From positions 28,954,001 through 29,018,000 of the forward strand of contig NC_091283.1 in the NCBI RefSeq assembly GCF_032444005.1: 64,000 bases of DNA, in the 5' to 3' direction. The notes under the pieces were generated by a model, which saw nothing but the letters and a program-made list of their open reading frames with translations, did not search any database and was not told the DNA's origin. Below are positions 11,326 to 24,369 of the stretch, one piece after another. Source of the stretch: Ranitomeya imitator (lineage: Eukaryota). Made by a program: the position numbers and the translations under genes. Within the stretch, counting starts at the first letter, position 1, and every line of letters starts with the position of its first letter.

Positions 11326-11587
11326 AACATAGTAACATAGTTAGCAAGGCCGAAAAAAGACATTTGTCTGTCCAGTGCAGCCTATATTCCATCAGAATAA
11401 TTCCCCAGATCTACGTCCTTCTACAGAACCTAATAATTGTATGATACAATATTGTTCTGCTCCAGGAAGACATCCAGGCCTCTCTTGAACCCCTCGACTG
11501 AGTTCGCCATCACCACCTCCTCAGGCAAGCAATTCCAGATTCTCACTGTCCTAACAGTAAAGAATCCTCTTCTATATTGGTGGAAGC
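11326..11587 (-). mobile_element. CR1-like LINE 3' fragment
   Basis: RGFFTVRTVRIWNCLPEEVVMANSVEGFKRGLDVFL, a typical CR1 ORF2 end, plus a short repeat tail. Confidence 0.8.
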
Positions 11588-11648
11588 TTATATTTGTGTC
11601 ATACAGAAGTAGAGCACAGATATATATGCATATATATACATAGATATA

Positions 11649-13330
11649 TAGTGCCTTGAAAAAGTATTCATACCCTGTAAACGTTTCCACATTTTTCATG
11701 TTACACCCACAAACTTAAATGTATTTTGACATTTTATGTGATACCAACACAAAAGTAGCAAGTATTTGTAAAGTATAAAGGAAAAAATTAAACATGTTTT
11801 TTAAATATTTAAAGAATATAAATCAGAACATTGTGAGTTGCATGTGTATTTAGCCCCCTGTAGTCTGATACCCCTAAATAAAATTCTGAGTGACCAATTG
11901 CCTCCAGAAGTCACATACCGTATTTTTCGGATTATAAGACGCACTTATTTCCCCCCAATTTTGGGGGGAAAATGGGGGTGCGTCTTATAATGCGGATGTA
12001 CCATATCGAAGTGCCGATGGGGGTGTCCCGGTGGCGGTGCTGCGCTGTGTCCACGGTGGCTGTGCTGCGGTGGGCTCTGCCGACATTCTGTGAAAGGCCA
12101 GAGCCCCCCCGCAAGTTCTTTAATGGATTCCTAACTCCTGTGCAGCGGTGGACTCTGGGAAGATGGCCGCTGGGAGGCGGCGCATGTGCAGATCGAGATT
12201 TCGGTAGACGTTTCGGCCAATCAGTGGCCTTGATCACAATGTTACCTTTCGTAGGTTCTTTTCTAGAATTTGAACATGTAGTATCGTTGAGATAGATACC
12301 ATATTTTTCGTATTATAAGATGCACTTTTTCTCCCCAAATTTGGGGGGAAAATGGGGGTGCTTCTATAATGAGGATATACCTTATCGTTGTTCCGCTGCG
12401 GGTGTCCCCGTGGCGGTGCTGCGCTGTGTCCCGATGGAGGTGCTGCGCTGTGTCCACGGTGCTGCGGGAGGCTCTGCCGACATTTTGTGAAAGGCCAGAG
12501 CCCCCCGCAAGTTCTTCCCGGCCAGTTTCCTGGAGTCCACTGCCTCACAGGAGTCAGGAAACCATGGAAGAACTTGTGGGGGGCTCTGGCCTTTCACAAA
12601 ATGTCAGCAGAGCCCGCCCCTGCAGCATCGGGGACACAGCGAAGCACCGCAAAGTTTTTTCATATTTTTCTCCTCAAAATTTGGGGTGCGTCTTATAATC
12701 CGGAGCATCTTATAAAGCAAAAAATACGGTAATTAGTAAATTGAGTCCACCTGTGTGTAAGTTCTTCTAACTATAACTAAAGCCATTCTGTTAAGGCCTC
12801 AGAGGTTTTTTTTAGAACATTAGTGATCAAACAGCATAATGAAAACCAAGGAGCCCACCAGATAGGTCAGGGATAAAGTTGTGGAGAAGAGTAAAGTATG
12901 ATTAGGTTATAAAAAAAATAGCCAAGCTCTGAATATCTCACGGAGCACTGTTCAACCCATCATCCAAAAATGGAAGGAGTATGTCACAACTGAAAACCTT
13001 CCAACATATGCCCATCCACCTAAACTGACATCCCAAGAAACAACAGCATTAATTATAGAAGTAGACAAGAGGCCCATGTTCATTCTGGAGAAGCAGGAGA
13101 GATCCACAGCTCAGGTGGGAGAATCTGTCCACAGGACAGCTATTACTTGTATACTCCACAAATCTGGCCTTCATGGAAGTGTGACAAGAAGAAAGCCATT
13201 TTTTAAAACAAGCCATAAGAAATCCCGTTTGCAGTTTGCAAAAAGCCATGTACGAGACACAATGAGCATGTGTAGATGCTCTGGTCAGATGAGACTAAAG
13301 TGGAACTTTTTGAGCTAAATAAACAAAATT
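11649..13330 (+). mobile_element. Decayed Tc1 element
   Basis: TA-(C)AGTGCCTTGAAAAAGTATTCA TIR-like start; broken transposase at ~12840-13320 (HKSGLHGSVTRRKPF, WSDETKVEL-like). Confidence 0.75.
11918..12729. mobile_element. pogo/Tigger-like MITE nested in the Tc1 relic, internally duplicated and inverted
   Basis: TA|CCGTATTTTT...AAAAATACGG|TA; a second TIR-like copy at ~12299. Confidence 0.75.
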
Positions 13331-14159
13331 GTTGAGACATGAGAGTCAGTGGATGCTCTTGTCTGCTGGCCTGGCTGTCTTTAGAAAGACCGCATGAACC
13401 AGGGCTCATCCCACTGAACGCCCCTTCTTCCCCATGGGCAAAATACTACTCAGACAACATGGGGTGAGGGTACATACTACAGTAATAATTTATTGGATCA
13501 CCATCTGTCAAAAACATATAGTACAGTCCCAGCAAGTACATAAGATGGTGCAAATGATAGAGTCTTACCCTTCCGCTGGTTCGCCGGAAATTAGAACATT
13601 TGCGATTTCAATGGCTGGATATCAGGCTTAATGTTATGGAGTTATCCGCCCAACACGGGCACTAGGCCCCTACTGACTACTTGCAGGAAGATACTTTGCT
13701 CTAGACTCAGACAGTCCCTCCTAGAAAACTATGTATAATGTGATGCCCCATCTTATGTCCGATGTAGGGTCCTACACTTACCCTAACACTACTGACATAT
13801 ACATATGACAAAATAGAGTATATATATATATATATCTAACACGTAGAAATACATAGTAGCATAACTATTATACACCTGTAAGGGGGTAAGGACGTGGCAC
13901 CCCCTTACATGGTCACCCACAGAGAGGAGGTAGCGGCAAGCTTAGGAAGCTGATGGAGTACATTGAGGTAAGTGGACAGGTGATCTGAATGTCCCAACAT
14001 GCGTCTTCAAATGTCTCCGTAGGTTCAGTGATGGGCAGTAGATGAAATCTGTAATCCTCCTGTTGGAGCAATGGTGCTTTGGCTGCTGTCCTCTAGAATC
14101 TCTCTTTAGAGTTAACCTGCGCCTTTGTGCCTTAAGAATAGCAGAACAATAAGCTGCCA

Positions 14160-14632
14160 GGACTGACACAATAGGTAATCAGCAGTGTCAGGAAGATATG
14201 ACTTATGTTTCCATTTATTCTGTGGGACCAAGCCCTGGTTCAAAGTTCTCACAACACATCTAGATAAGTTCCTTGGGCGGTCTAGTTTCCAATATGGGGT
14301 CACTTGTGGGAGGTTTCTACTGTTTAGGTACATCAGGGGCTCTGCAAATGCAACGTGACGCCTGCAGACCATTCCATCTAAGTCTCCATTCCAAATGGCG
14401 CTCCTTCCCTTCCGACCTCTGCCATGCACCCAAACGGTGGTTCCCCACCACATATGGGGTATCACAGTACTCAGGACAAATTGGACAACAAATTTTGTGG
14501 ACTAATTTCTCCTGTTACCCTTGGGAAAATACAAAACTGGGGGCTAAAAAATAATTTTTGTGGAAAAAAAAAAGAATTTTTATTTTCTCAGCTCTGCGTT
14601 ATGAACAGTAGTGAAACACTTGGGGGTTCAAC
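14160..14632. mobile_element. Internal fragment of a non-autonomous DNA transposon (piggyBac-like), cut at gypsy B
   Basis: Recognised repeat-type sequence ending abruptly at the LTR; family assignment from memory only. Confidence 0.45.
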
Positions 14633-17600
14633 TGTTATGATTAGGTAATTCAGAACCACAATGGACCTTGAAGTTCAGAGCACACAAAGTGACCTGACAA
14701 TAACCAAAAGACATAGGACAAGCTCTGAGACGTGGGAACTCTGCTGACCGCAATCCCTAATCCTATCATACCACACTAGAGATAGCCGTGGAGCGCTCCT
14801 GACCAGACCTAGGCGCCTCAGGCACAGCCTGAGAAACTAGCTAGCCCTGAAGATAGAAAAATAAGCCTACCTTGCCTCAGAGAAATTCCCCAAAGGAAAA
14901 GGCAGCCCCCCACATATAATGACTGTGAGTAGAGATGAAAATACAAACGCAGAGATGAAATAGATTGAGCAAAGTGAGGCCCGACTTACTGAATAGACCG
15001 AGGATAGGAAAGAGAGCTTTGCGGTCAGCACAAAATCCTACAAACAACCACGCAGAGGGGCAAAAAGACCCTCCGCACCGACTAACGGTACGGAGGTGCT
15101 CCCTCTGCGTCCCAGAGCTTCCAGCAAGGAAGAAAAACCAATTAAGCAAGCTGGACAGAAAAAATAGCAAAACAAAAAATAACACAAGCAAAACTTAGCT
15201 TATGCAGAGCAGACGGCCACAGGAACGATCCAGGAGGAAGCAAGACCAATACTAGAACATTGACTGGAGGCCAGGAGCAAAGCACTAGGTGGAGTTAAAT
15301 AGAGCAGCACCTAACGACTTCACCACATCACCTGAGGAAGGAAACTCAGAAGCTGCAGTACCACTCGTGACCACAGGAGGGAGCTCTGCCACAGAATTCA
15401 CAACAGTACCCCCCCCCTTGAGGAGGGGTCACCGAACCCTCACCAGAGCCCCCAGGCCGACCAGGATGAGCCACATGAAAGGCACGAACAAGATCGGCAG
15501 CATGGATATCAGAGGCAAAGACCCAGGAATTATCTTCCTGACCATAACCCTTCCACTTAACCAGATACTGGAGTTTCCGTCTCGAAACACGAGAATCCAA
15601 AATCTTCTCCACAATATACTCCAACTCCCCCTCCACCAAAACCGGGGCAGGAGGATCAACAGATGGAACCATAGGTGCCACGTATCTCCGCAACAATGAC
15701 CTATGGAATACGTTATGGATGGAAAAAGAATCTGGAAGGGTCAAACGAAAAGACACAGGATTAAGAACCTCAGAAATCCTATACGGACCAATGAAACGAG
15801 GCTTAAACTTAGGAGAGGAAACCTTCATAGGAATATGACGAGATGACAACCAAACCAAATCCCCAACACGAAGTCGGGGACCCACACAGCGTCTGCGATT
15901 AGCGAAACGTTGAGCCTTCTCCTGGGACAAGGTCAAATTGTCCACTACATGAGTCCAAATCTACTGTAACCTGTCCACCACCGTATCCACACCAGGACAG
16001 TCCGAAGACTCAACCTGCCCTGAAGAGAAACGAGGATGGAACCCAGAGTTGCAGAAAAACGGCGAAACCAAGGTAGCCGAGCTGGCCCGATTATTAAGGG
16101 CGAACTCAGCCAAAGGCAAGAAGGACACCCAATCATCCTGATCAGCAGAAACAAAGCATCTCAGATATGTTTCCAAGGTCTGATTGGTTCGTTCGGTCTG
16201 GCCATTAGTCTGAGGATGGAAAGCCGAGGAAAAAGACAAATCAATGCCCATCCTAGCACAAAAAGCTCGCCAAAACCTCGAAACAAACTGGGAACCTCTG
16301 TCAAAAACGATGTTCTCTGGAATGCCATGTAAACGAACCACATGCTGGAAGAACAATGGCACCAAATCAGAGGAAGAAGGTAATTTAGACAAGGGTACCA
16401 AATGGATCATCTTAGAGAAGCGATCACAAACCACCCAAATGACCGACATTTTTTGAGAGACGGGGAGATCCGAAATAAAATCCATAGAGATATATGTCCA
16501 AGGCCTCTTCGGGACCGGCAAGGGCAAAAGCAACCCACTGGCACGAGAACAGCAGGGCTTAGCCCGAGCACAAATCCCACAGGACTGCACAAAAGAACGC
16601 ACATCCCGCAACAGAGACGGCCACCAAAAGGATCTAGCCACTAAATCTCTGGTACCAAAGATTCCAGGATGACCAGCCAACACCGAACAATGAACCTCAG
16701 AGATAACTTTATTCGTCCACCTATCAGGGACAAACAGTTTCTCCGCTGGGCAATGATCAGGTTTACTAGCCTGAAATTTTTGCAGCACCCGCCGTAAATC
16801 AGGGGAGATGGCAGACAAAATTACTCCCTCTTTGAGAATACCCGCCGGCTCAGACAAACCCGGAGAGTCGGGCACAAAACTCCTAGACAGGGCATCCGCC
16901 TTCACATTTTTAGAGCCCGGAAGGTACGAAACCACAAAGTCAAAACGGGAGAAAAACAGCGACCAACGAGGATTCAACCGTTTGGCAGACTCAAGATAAG
17001 TCAAGTTCTTGTGATCAGTCAAGACCACCACGCGATGCTTAGCTCCTTCAAGCCAATGACGCCACTCCTCGAATGCCCACTTCATGGCCAGCAACTCTCG
17101 ATTGCCCACATCATAATTACGTTCAGCAGGCGAAAACTTCCTGGAAAAGAAGGCACATGGCTTCATCACCGAGCAATCAGTACTTCTCTGCGACAAAACA
17201 GCCCCCGCTCCAATTGCAGAAGCATCAACCTCGACCTGGAACGGAAGCGAAACATCTGGTTGACACAACACAAGCGCAGAAGAAAAACGACGCTTTAACT
17301 CTTGAAAAGCTTCCACAGCAGCAGAAGACCAATTGACCACATCAGCACCCTTCTTGGTCAAATCGGTCAATGGTTTAGCAATACTAGAAAAATTACAGAT
17401 AAAGCGACGATAAAAATTAGCAAAGCCCAGGAACTTTTGCAGACTCTTCAGAGATGTAGGCTGGGTCCAATCATAGATGGCCTGGACCTTAACAGGGTCC
17501 ATCTCGATAGTAAAAGGGGAAAAAATGAACCCCAAAAATGAAACCTTCTGAACACCAAAGAGACACTTTGATCCCTTCACAAACAAAGAATTAGCACGCA

Positions 17601-20411
17601 GGACCTGGAACACCATTCTGACCTGCTTCACATGAGACTCCCAATCATCCGAGAAGACCAAAATATCATCCAAGTATACAATCAGGAATTTATCCAGGTA
17701 CTCTTGGAAGATGTCATGCATAAAGGACTGAAACACCGATGGAGCATTGGCAAGTCCGAAAGGCATAACTAGGTACTCAAAGTGGCCCTCGGGCGTATTA
17801 AATGCAGTTTTCCATTCATCGCCCCGCTTAATACGCACAAGATTATACGCACCACGAAGATCTATCTTGGTGAACCAACTAGCCCCCTTGATCCGAGCAA
17901 ACAAATCAGATAGCAGCGGCAAGGGGTACTGAAATTTGACCGTGATTTTATTTAGAAGGCGGTAATCTATACAAGGTCTCAGCGAACCATCTTTCTTGGC
18001 CACAAAAAAGAACCCCGCTCCCAATGGCGACGATGACGGGCGAATATGACCCTTCTCCAAGGACTCCTTCACGTAACTCCGCATAGCGGCGTGCTCAGGT
18101 ACAGATAAATTAAACAGTCGACCTTTAGGAAACTTACTACCAGGAATCAAATCGATAGCACAATCACAATCCCTATGCGGAGGTAGGGCATTGGACTTGG
18201 GCTCATCAAATACATCCGGTAATCAGACAAGAACTCTGGGACCTCAGAAGGGGTGGATGACGAAATAGACAGAAATGGGACATCACCATGTACCCCCGAC
18301 AACCCCAGCTGGACACAGACATTGATTTCCAATCTAATACTGGGTTATGGACTTGTAGCCATGGCAACCCCAACACGACCACATCATGCAGATTATGCAG
18401 CACCAGGAAGCGAATATCCTCCTGATGTGCAGGAGCCATGCACATGGTCAGCTGGGTCCAGTACTGAGGCTTATTCTTGGCCAAAGGCGTAGCATCAATT
18501 CCTCTCAATGGAATAGGACACTGCAAGGGCTCCAAGAAAAACCCACAACGCCTGGCATACTCCAAGTCCATCAAATTCAGGGCAGCGCCTGAATCCACAA
18601 ATGCCATGACAGAATAAGATGACAAAGAGCAGATCAAAGTAACGGACAAAAGAAATTTTGACTGTACCGTACCAATGGTGGCAGACCTAGCGAACCGCTT
18701 AGTGCGCTTAGGACAATCGGAGATAGCATGAGTGGAATCACCACAGTAGAAACACAGCCCATTCTGACGTCTGTGTTCTTGCCGTTCAACTCTGGTCAAA
18801 ATCCTATCGCACTGCATAGGCTCAGGTTTATGCTCGGATAATACCGCCAAATGGTGCACAGATTTACGCTCACGCAAGCGTCGACCGATCTGAATGGCCA
18901 AAGACATAGACTCATTCAGACCAACAGGCATGGGAAATCCCACCATGACATCCTTAAGGGCTTCAGAGAGCCCCTTTCTGAAGATAGCTGCCAGCGCACC
19001 TTCATTCCACTGAGTGAGCACGGACCACTTTCTAAACTTCTGACAATAAATCTCTATCTCATCCTGACCCTGACACAGAGCCAGCAAATTTTTCTCTGCC
19101 TGATCCACCGAATTAGGTTCATCATACAGCAATCCGAGCGCCAGGAAAAACGCATCAACATTACACAATGCAGGATCTCCTGGCGCAAGGGAAAATGCCC
19201 AGTCTTGAGGGTCACCACGTAATAAAGAAATAATGATCTTAACTTGTTGAACTGGGTCACCAGAGGAGCGAGGTTTCAAAGCCAGAAACAGTTTACAATT
19301 ATTTTTAAAACTCAGAAATTTTGCTCTATCTCCAGAAAACAAATCAGGAATAGGAATTCTTGGTTCTAACATAGAATTCTGAACCACAAAGTCTTGAATA
19401 TTTTGTACTCTTGCAGTGAGATGATCCACACATGAAGACAGACCTTTAATGTCCATCACTACACCTGTGTCCTGAACTACCCAAATGTCTAGGGGAAAAA
19501 AAGGCAAAACACAGTGCAAAGAAAAAAAAATTGTCTCAGAACTTCTTTTTTCCCTCTATTGAGAAGCATTAGTACTTTGGGCCTCCAGTACTGTTATGAT
19601 TAGGTAATTCAGAACCACAATGGACCTTGAAGTTCAGAGCACACAAAGTGACCTGACAATAACCAAAAGACATAGGACAAGCTCTGAGACGTGGGAACTC
19701 TGCTGACCGCAATCCCTAATCCTATCATACCACACTAGAGATAGCCATGGAGCGCTCCTGACCAGACCTAGGCGCCTCGGGCACAGCCTGAGAAACTAGC
19801 TAGCCCTGAAGATAGAAAAATAAGCCTACCTTGCCTCAGAGAAATTCCCCAAAGGAAAAGGCAGCCCCCCACATATAATGACTGTGAGTAGAGATGAAAA
19901 TACAAACGCAGAGATGAAATAGATTGAGCAAAGTGAGGCCCGACTTACTGAATAGACCGAGGATAGGAAAGATAACTTTGCGGTCAACACAAAACCCTAC
20001 AAACAACCACGCAGAGGGGGCAAAAAGACCCTCCGCACCGACTAACGGTACGGAGGTGCTCCCTCTGCGTCCCAGAGCTTCCAGCAAGCAAGAAAAACAA
20101 TATAGCAAGCTGGACAGAAAAAATAGCAAACAAAAACAACACAAGCAAAACTTAGCTATTGCAGAATAGACAGACCACAGGAACGATCCAGGAGGAAGCA
20201 AGACCAATACTAGAACATTGACTGGAGGCAAGGATCAAAGCACTAGGTGGAGTTAAATAGAGCAGCACCTAACGACTTAACCTCATCACCTGAGGAAGGA
20301 AACTCAGAAGCCGCAGTACCACTCACATCCACCAACGGAAGCCCATAGACAGAAACAGCCGAAGTACCACTTGTGACCACAGGAGGGAGCTCGACCACAG
20401 AATTCACAACA
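14633..20411 (-). mobile_element. Ty3/gypsy chromovirus copy B (recombinant, no TSD)
   Basis: 3' LTR 14633-15405 (773 bp), 5' LTR 19592-20411 (820 bp), PPT next to 15405; flanks TTCAAC and CCAGAG do not match. Confidence 0.95.
15346..19456 (-). pseudogene. Gag-pol of copy B with frameshifts and a nonsense codon
   Basis: Same domains as copy A; frameshifts near 18215-18290, 9-nt deletion (NPR-WSL), TAG at 15961-15963. Confidence 0.9.
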
Positions 20412-21207
20412 CCAGAGACAGCAGATGTCTAAGAGAGACAAGTTCAGTCTGGACCAGACAGCAACAAGTGAGGAGCAGAGGAGAAAGTGAGGGCTCAAGG
20501 AGGATGCAAGTGGGCCTCCTAAGAGCCACAGTGCAGAGACCAGGGACCGGTAGCCCGAGGCTGTGGAGAGCTGCAAACCCCATAGCAGAAGCGGAGAGCA
20601 TAGAACTACATGCAAACTGCCCGTACAACACTTGAGGTACAGCAGCAGTTAGAGCCTGGAGTCACTGCGCCTGAGACCTTAAGAGAAAGGCTCAAGCTGC
20701 CTACCGAGCAGGTACAGTCCCAGGACAGGAGAAGCAAGGGACCAGAAAAGCAGCACATAGTGGAAGGCTCCCAACTTGACCTGCCAAGGGGATTTCCACT
20801 TGTTTCTGGATTGCCTGGACTCCTTCTGTACATCTTGCCAATACCCTGGACTGTGGCCTGCTACCACCAGTAAATCAGGTAAAGACTGCAACCCTGTGTC
20901 TTCCGTTATTCACCGGCAACACATCATCTCTTTCATACACCTTGGGAGCCCTGAGGACCCTGCTTCACCTGTGGGAAGCATCACCATCCACCCGCCATAC
21001 CATCACCCCAGAGGACCCCTTTAAGCGGCGTCGGTCCCTACTGACCGAACACCACAGGTGGCATCATGAACAATAGACTTTATTACCAAATACCCTTAAA
21101 AGTCCATCCCCATCAGCTTGAGTCCAAGGGCACGGACCGGTTCGCAGCCACTGTGACATCCCCTTTAAGTGCGACTGGACCCGGCACCGAGTACCCCAAG
21201 CCCTGGT
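20412..21207 (-). mobile_element. Truncated LTR related to the solo LTRs at 34879 and 36201
   Basis: Reverse complement begins TGAGTCGCCC...CAGGGCT, shared with 36201; roughly 240 bp shorter than that copy, ending at gypsy B. Confidence 0.7.
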
Positions 21208-21209
21208 GG

Positions 21210-22051
21210 GCGACTCAAATGTTTCTATGAAGCATCTTATGGGGCCATAATCAACCTTTATGCAGCATTGTAAGCGCAAATGTTTCTATGGAGCATCTTA
21301 TGGGGCCATAGTCAACCTTTATGCAGCATTGTATGGGGCAAATGTTCCTATGGAGCATCTTATGGGGCCATTATTAACCTTTGTGCAGCATTATATGGGC
21401 ACATGGAAAGAAAAATCCAGCTCCAGGAATAAAAAGTATCAAAAATGTATTTAAACATATTAAAATTTGGGAAACTGCTTTTGGCTGAAGTCTAAGGCTG
21501 TGTTCACACGTTGCGGTTTTTTCGCGGTTTTTCCCAATAAAAACGCTGAGTGCCGTTTGTGCTAGAAACGCGTCCAGCGACTACATGGTAGCTTCCATCC
21601 AAATGATAAAATTTTTCGCTTGTCAGCAGTTTCCCAAATTTTAATATGTTTAAATAAATTTTTGATACTTTTTATTTCTGGAGCTGGATTTTTTTTCCAT
21701 GTGCACACGTTTCAACGTCAGACAGAGATGTTTTTTCCTTGCTCGGATATTATGTGGACCTCGGACGAATGTTTCTACTGGGTGAGCTGAAAAGTTTTTC
21801 TGTTTTTCTACAGCATTACATGGGACATAATATTGAGCATCTTATGGGGTCCATCATAAACTGTATGGAGAATTATATATATATAATTTTAGTTTTATTG
21901 GTATCTATTTTTATTTTTGATATTTACCAGTAGCTGCTGCATTTCCCACCCTAGGCTTATACTCGAGTCATTAAGTTTTCCCAGTTTTTTGTGGCATAAT
22001 TAGGGGTCTCGGCTTATACTCAGGTCGGCTTATACTCAAGTATAGGCAGTA
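21210..22051 (-). mobile_element. Truncated pogo-like MITE, same family as 28011-30259
   Basis: Ends CGGCTTATACTCAAGTATAGGCAG|TA; internal GAGCATCTTATGGGG repeats. Confidence 0.65.
21399..21704. repeat. Fold-back with ~80-bp arms and a hammerhead remnant
   Basis: Arms 21399-21479 and ~21625-21704; CGCTG...GAAACGCGTC-CAGCG at 21544-21579. Confidence 0.7.
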
Positions 22052-22305
22052 TTTTACACTGGACAGCAGGAGAAACAACACCAGACATGGCTTACATCAC
22101 GTATGACACAGAGTTGGGGCCCCTTTGTGTGTGTGAGAGCCTCTATAAAGCCTCTATAAAGTTGATTATTCTTTAGCCATTTGTTTGCACCTTCTCATTG
22201 TTGGAGCTTATATTCAGGAACTTTACACATAAAATTGTAAGTACAAGTAATAACGTAGCAATGAGGTAGTATGAGACGTGTAACATGTCCCTGTGTTGTG
22301 TGCAG

Positions 22306-22584
22306 GTTTCCATATCTATCAGTTAATGTACGGCTGTGAGCGGGGAGATGACGGCTCCATCACTGGATACGAGCAGCACGGATATGACGGGAGAGAGTTT
22401 ATGGCGCTAGATACAAAGACGTGGACATATGTCCCCACTATGGCGCAGGCGCAGATCACCACACAGAGAGCCAACCATCCGGATGTACAAGCGGTAACAA
22501 TCAGCAAACATTATCTAAAGGATGAATGCACCAGCGCTCTGGAGGAATACATCGAGTACGGGAGAGAAGATCTGGAGAGGAGAG
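22306..22584 (+). CDS. MHC class I-like heavy chain, alpha2 exon
   Basis: tgcag acceptor, g|gtaccg donor, 279 bp; HIYQLMYGCE...GYDGREFMALD...YLKDEC...EYIEYG with C101, C164, T143, Y159, Y171. Confidence 0.95.
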
Positions 22585-22949
22585 GTACCGTCATACCACG
22601 TAGCATTACACCCAATAGTTTTCTCTTGTAAGGTCCAGAACTTGCTAGGAGAAACGGTGATTGCAGTTCTGGAAGGAATAGTCTATAAGCAGTAAGCATC
22701 ATGCAGAGTAAAAAAAGAACATGCCCACAGGAGGTCAGAAGAACATGCTTTCTTCTGTGAGATGTAATGATAGCCCTGCTCTCTGCAGTTGCTGTGTATT
22801 GTATGGCATTGCTGAATGTGATTACAAACACCTATTGAAACTTTTATCACTGCAGTCAGAGTGGAGAGGAAGGGGATACACCTCAGGGCAGTCAGTGTAA
22901 GGGGACAGCTGATAGCACTGTGAGAGGAGAGCTGCAGCTGTAGAGGTGT

Positions 22950-23430
22950 TTGTAATCAGTTCTATTCCCCCATCCCACCACACACACTGACTGCTGTGAG
23001 ATGTATTTGTAATCACACTCAGCTCAGTTCTATTGCCCCATCCCACCATACACACAGACTGCTGTGAGATGTGTTTGGAATCACACTCAGCTCAGTTCTA
23101 TTTTCCCCGACACACACACTGACTGCGGTGAGATGTGTTTGGAATCACACTTGGCTCAGTTCTATTCCCCCAACCCACCACACACACTGACTGCTGTGAG
23201 ATGTTTGGAATCACACTCAGCTCAGTTCTATTTCCCCCGCCCCCGACACACACACACTGACCGCTGTGAGATGTGTTTATAATCGAACTCAGCTCAGTTC
23301 TATTCCCCAACCCACCACACACACAGACTGCTGTGAGATGTGTTTGGAATCACACCCAGCTCAGTTCTATTCCCCCCTCCCCGACATACACACTGACTGC
23401 TGTGAGAAGTGTTTGTAATTGCACTCAGCT
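22950..23430. repeat. ~55-60-bp minisatellite
   Basis: Units CACACACACTGACTGCTGTGAGATGTGTTTGGAATCACACTCAGCTCAGTTCTATTCCCC. Confidence 0.9.
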
Positions 23431-23499
23431 CTGCTCTATACTACACAGCAGCTGTCTGTCATTACATCTCACAACAGGAGAATGTTCTTCTACCCTTCT

Positions 23500-23760
23500 A
23501 GGGATTATTCAATTTTGCTCCTGCTTACGATTCTTGGGTTCAAATCCTACCAAGGACAATAACTGCAAGGATTTTGTATGTTCTTCCCGTGGGTTTCCTC
23601 CGGGCTCTCCGGTTTGCTCCACACACCAAAAGCATACTGATAGGGAATTTAGATTGTGAGCCCCAATGGGGACAGTGATGATGATGATGATGATGTCTGT
23701 AAAGCGCTGTGGAATATGATGGCGCTATATAAGAAATGTATAATAAATAAATAAATAAAT
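23500..23760 (+). mobile_element. tRNA-derived SINE with an eroded 5' end
   Basis: B-box GGGTTCAAATCC, body CTGATAGGGAATTTAGATTGTGAGCCCC, (TAAA)n tail; related pieces at 57960-58150 and ~59280-59360. Confidence 0.75.
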
Positions 23761-24369
23761 GGTTCGGGCTAATGCTGCCTATGAAAGGTTGTCATCTTGC
23801 TAAATCTCTAAGGAAATAAAGCCAGAACTTTGGAAGTAGTCAGGACTAGGCCTCTATGGGAGATAACTGAAGCTTCATCCAGACTGGCAGTGTGAAAAAA
23901 AGCAAATAAACACACAAAAAGAGACCCCGAAATAGGAAGAGCACCTGTGCTTGAGTCAGGTGTAAGTGGACTGTGGACAGACCCATAGACTTTTGGCTGA
24001 GCCCCTTATACTAGTCTGCCCTCCTTTGAGCAATCGAGGGGAGGTGTTAACACTTAAAACTTCACCTTGATGGTAGTTACAACATATTAAAACTTTTTTA
24101 TATACTTTGGATACCCAGAATTCATTTTAGAACCAATGGGAGAACATTGTTGCTGTTGGAGAGAAAGAGCTCTGAAGTTAACCCTGTCAGCACAGCATCA
24201 CACCATTGTACCATACCACTTAGTATGGGGTTCAGCAGTAATATCAGAAATTTATTACTACTCTAATTAAAACAAAATATACAGTATAAATAATTTATTT
24301 AGGTCAGGGATTAGCTGGGTAAAAAAAGTAAAAAAAAGGCAGGAATTATGTTTTGTTAATACCATATTT

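Noticed and set aside
13632-13930. Small TG...CA segment followed by TGG (possible LTR plus PBS)
   Set aside because: No TSD, second LTR or coding remnant found
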